The position numbers and the translations under genes were made by a program. Below, piece after piece: positions 63,227 through 64,000 of a DNA stretch of 64,000 bases. Source of the DNA: a candidate division FCPU426 bacterium (GTDB taxonomy: Bacteria > Oederibacteriota > JAAXVQ01 > JAUVAV01). A model generated the notes under the pieces. It worked only from the letters and a program-made list of their open reading frames with translations, made no database searches and was not told where the DNA came from. The stretch lies in contig JBFLYH010000002.1 in assembly GCA_040756875.1 (NCBI GenBank), forward strand, positions 542,526 through 606,525. Direction: 5' to 3'. Within the stretch, counting starts at the first letter, position 1; each line of letters opens with the position of its first letter.

Positions 63227-63349
63227 GGCATTGAGGAGCGCCCAGGGCCAACGTTCCTCTGCGGGACCGATGGCCCGGCCTTTCCCCGTCGCTAAAGGTA
63301 TTCCGCACTTCCATCCCCCGGCTGAAATCCGGAGAAAGGCGCGGAGGGA

Positions 63350-64000
63350 TTAGCGTTCGTCCGACTGCATCCAGGAAATCAGGGTTTTATTGAATTCCCG
63401 CGCGGTATGGTGTCCGCTCTTCTTCAGGCGCTGGTTCATGGCGGCAACTTCAATGATGATGGAAAGGTTGCGCCCCGGACGCACGGGAATGATGATGCGA
63501 GGCAACTCCACCTCCAGGATCGAATACGTCAATTCGTCCAATCCCAGGCGGTCGTATTCCTTTTTATCGTCCCATTCCTCGATCGTAGCCACCAGTTCGA
63601 TGCGCTTGCGGTCCCGGATGGCGCCGATGCCGAAAAGATTCTTGATATTGATGATGCCCAGCCCGCGGATTTCCATGTGGTGGCGGATCAACTCCGGCCC
63701 CGAGCCCATGAGAATGCGCTCCGCGGTCCGCTTGATGTCGACCAAATCGTCCGCCACCAGCCGATGCCCGCGCTCTACCAAATCCAGGGCGCATTCACTC
63801 TTGCCGATGCCGCTCTTGCCCAGGATCAGGACCCCGACTCCGTACACATCCACCAGCGTCCCGTGCATGGACGTTTCGGGGGCAAGCTTGTCCTCGAGGT
63901 AAATGGTGAGCTCGGCGATGAGCTTGGTCGTGGGCAGGGTGGATTTGAAGATCGAAACCGGCCGGCCCTGGGCGGCGAGCAGCAGCTCCTCCGGGGGTTC
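63350..64000 (-). CDS. hprK: HPr kinase/phosphorylase, 5' part outside the window
   Basis: HGTLVDVYGVGVLILGKSGIGKSECAL, LVADD, EIRGLGII. Confidence 0.96.
   Translation of the reverse strand, partial: EPPEELLLAAQGRPVSIFKSTLPTTKLIAELTIYLEDKLAPETSMHGTLVDVYGVGVLILGKSGIGKSECALDLVERGHRLVADDLVDIKRTAERILMGSGPELIRHHMEIRGLGIINIKNLFGIGAIRDRKRIELVATIEEWDDKKEYDRLGLDELTYSILEVELPRIIIPVRPGRNLSIIIEVAAMNQRLKKSGHHTAREFNKTLISWMQSDER

Noticed and set aside
63227-63349. rapZ remnant or riboswitch between hprK and yvcK
   Set aside because: No P-loop similarity in the frame I could check and no recognisable aptamer consensus.

Overview
High-GC chromosomal segment of an LPS-producing (diderm) bacterium. About 57 genes are recognisable, all on the minus strand except pcm. 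The core content includes a GH57 branching enzyme with DUF4912, HU, hemW-lepB-lepA, glmM-pdxJ-glmS-yjbQ, queC, mnmG, rsmB, htpX, pyrG-kdsA, a Kdo/ADP-heptose/msbA LPS cluster, metK-ahcY, degP, dnaK, and a long hprK-yvcK-PTS(Man IIA-D)-HPr-EI-galU-WecB/TagA-sigma54 activator operon. The most notable items are five. (1) An AT-rich island encodes an unusual polymorphic toxin (lipoprotein signal, intact M48 metalloprotease, PT-TG motif, TNT/ART-like C-terminal domain) with a tightly linked candidate immunity gene. (2) A T9SS-like module (PorV-like barrel fused to TPRs plus two cargo proteins with YPNP...GVY C-terminal sorting domains) sits inside the kdsB-pyrG-kdsA operon, with a second barrel-Ig-OmpA fusion nearby. 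(3) A two-gene nucleotidyltransferase cassette is bracketed by an exact 37-bp duplication of the host gene's 3' end. (4) dnaK has a sigma54 promoter and a palindromic enhancer, next to a pseudo-receiver sigma54 activator. (5) Several structured intergenic elements occur (metK leader, IID-HPr spacer, REP-like palindromes). No CRISPR array, rRNA, tRNA or integrase was seen. Product calls come from motifs recognised by eye; no database searches were run.
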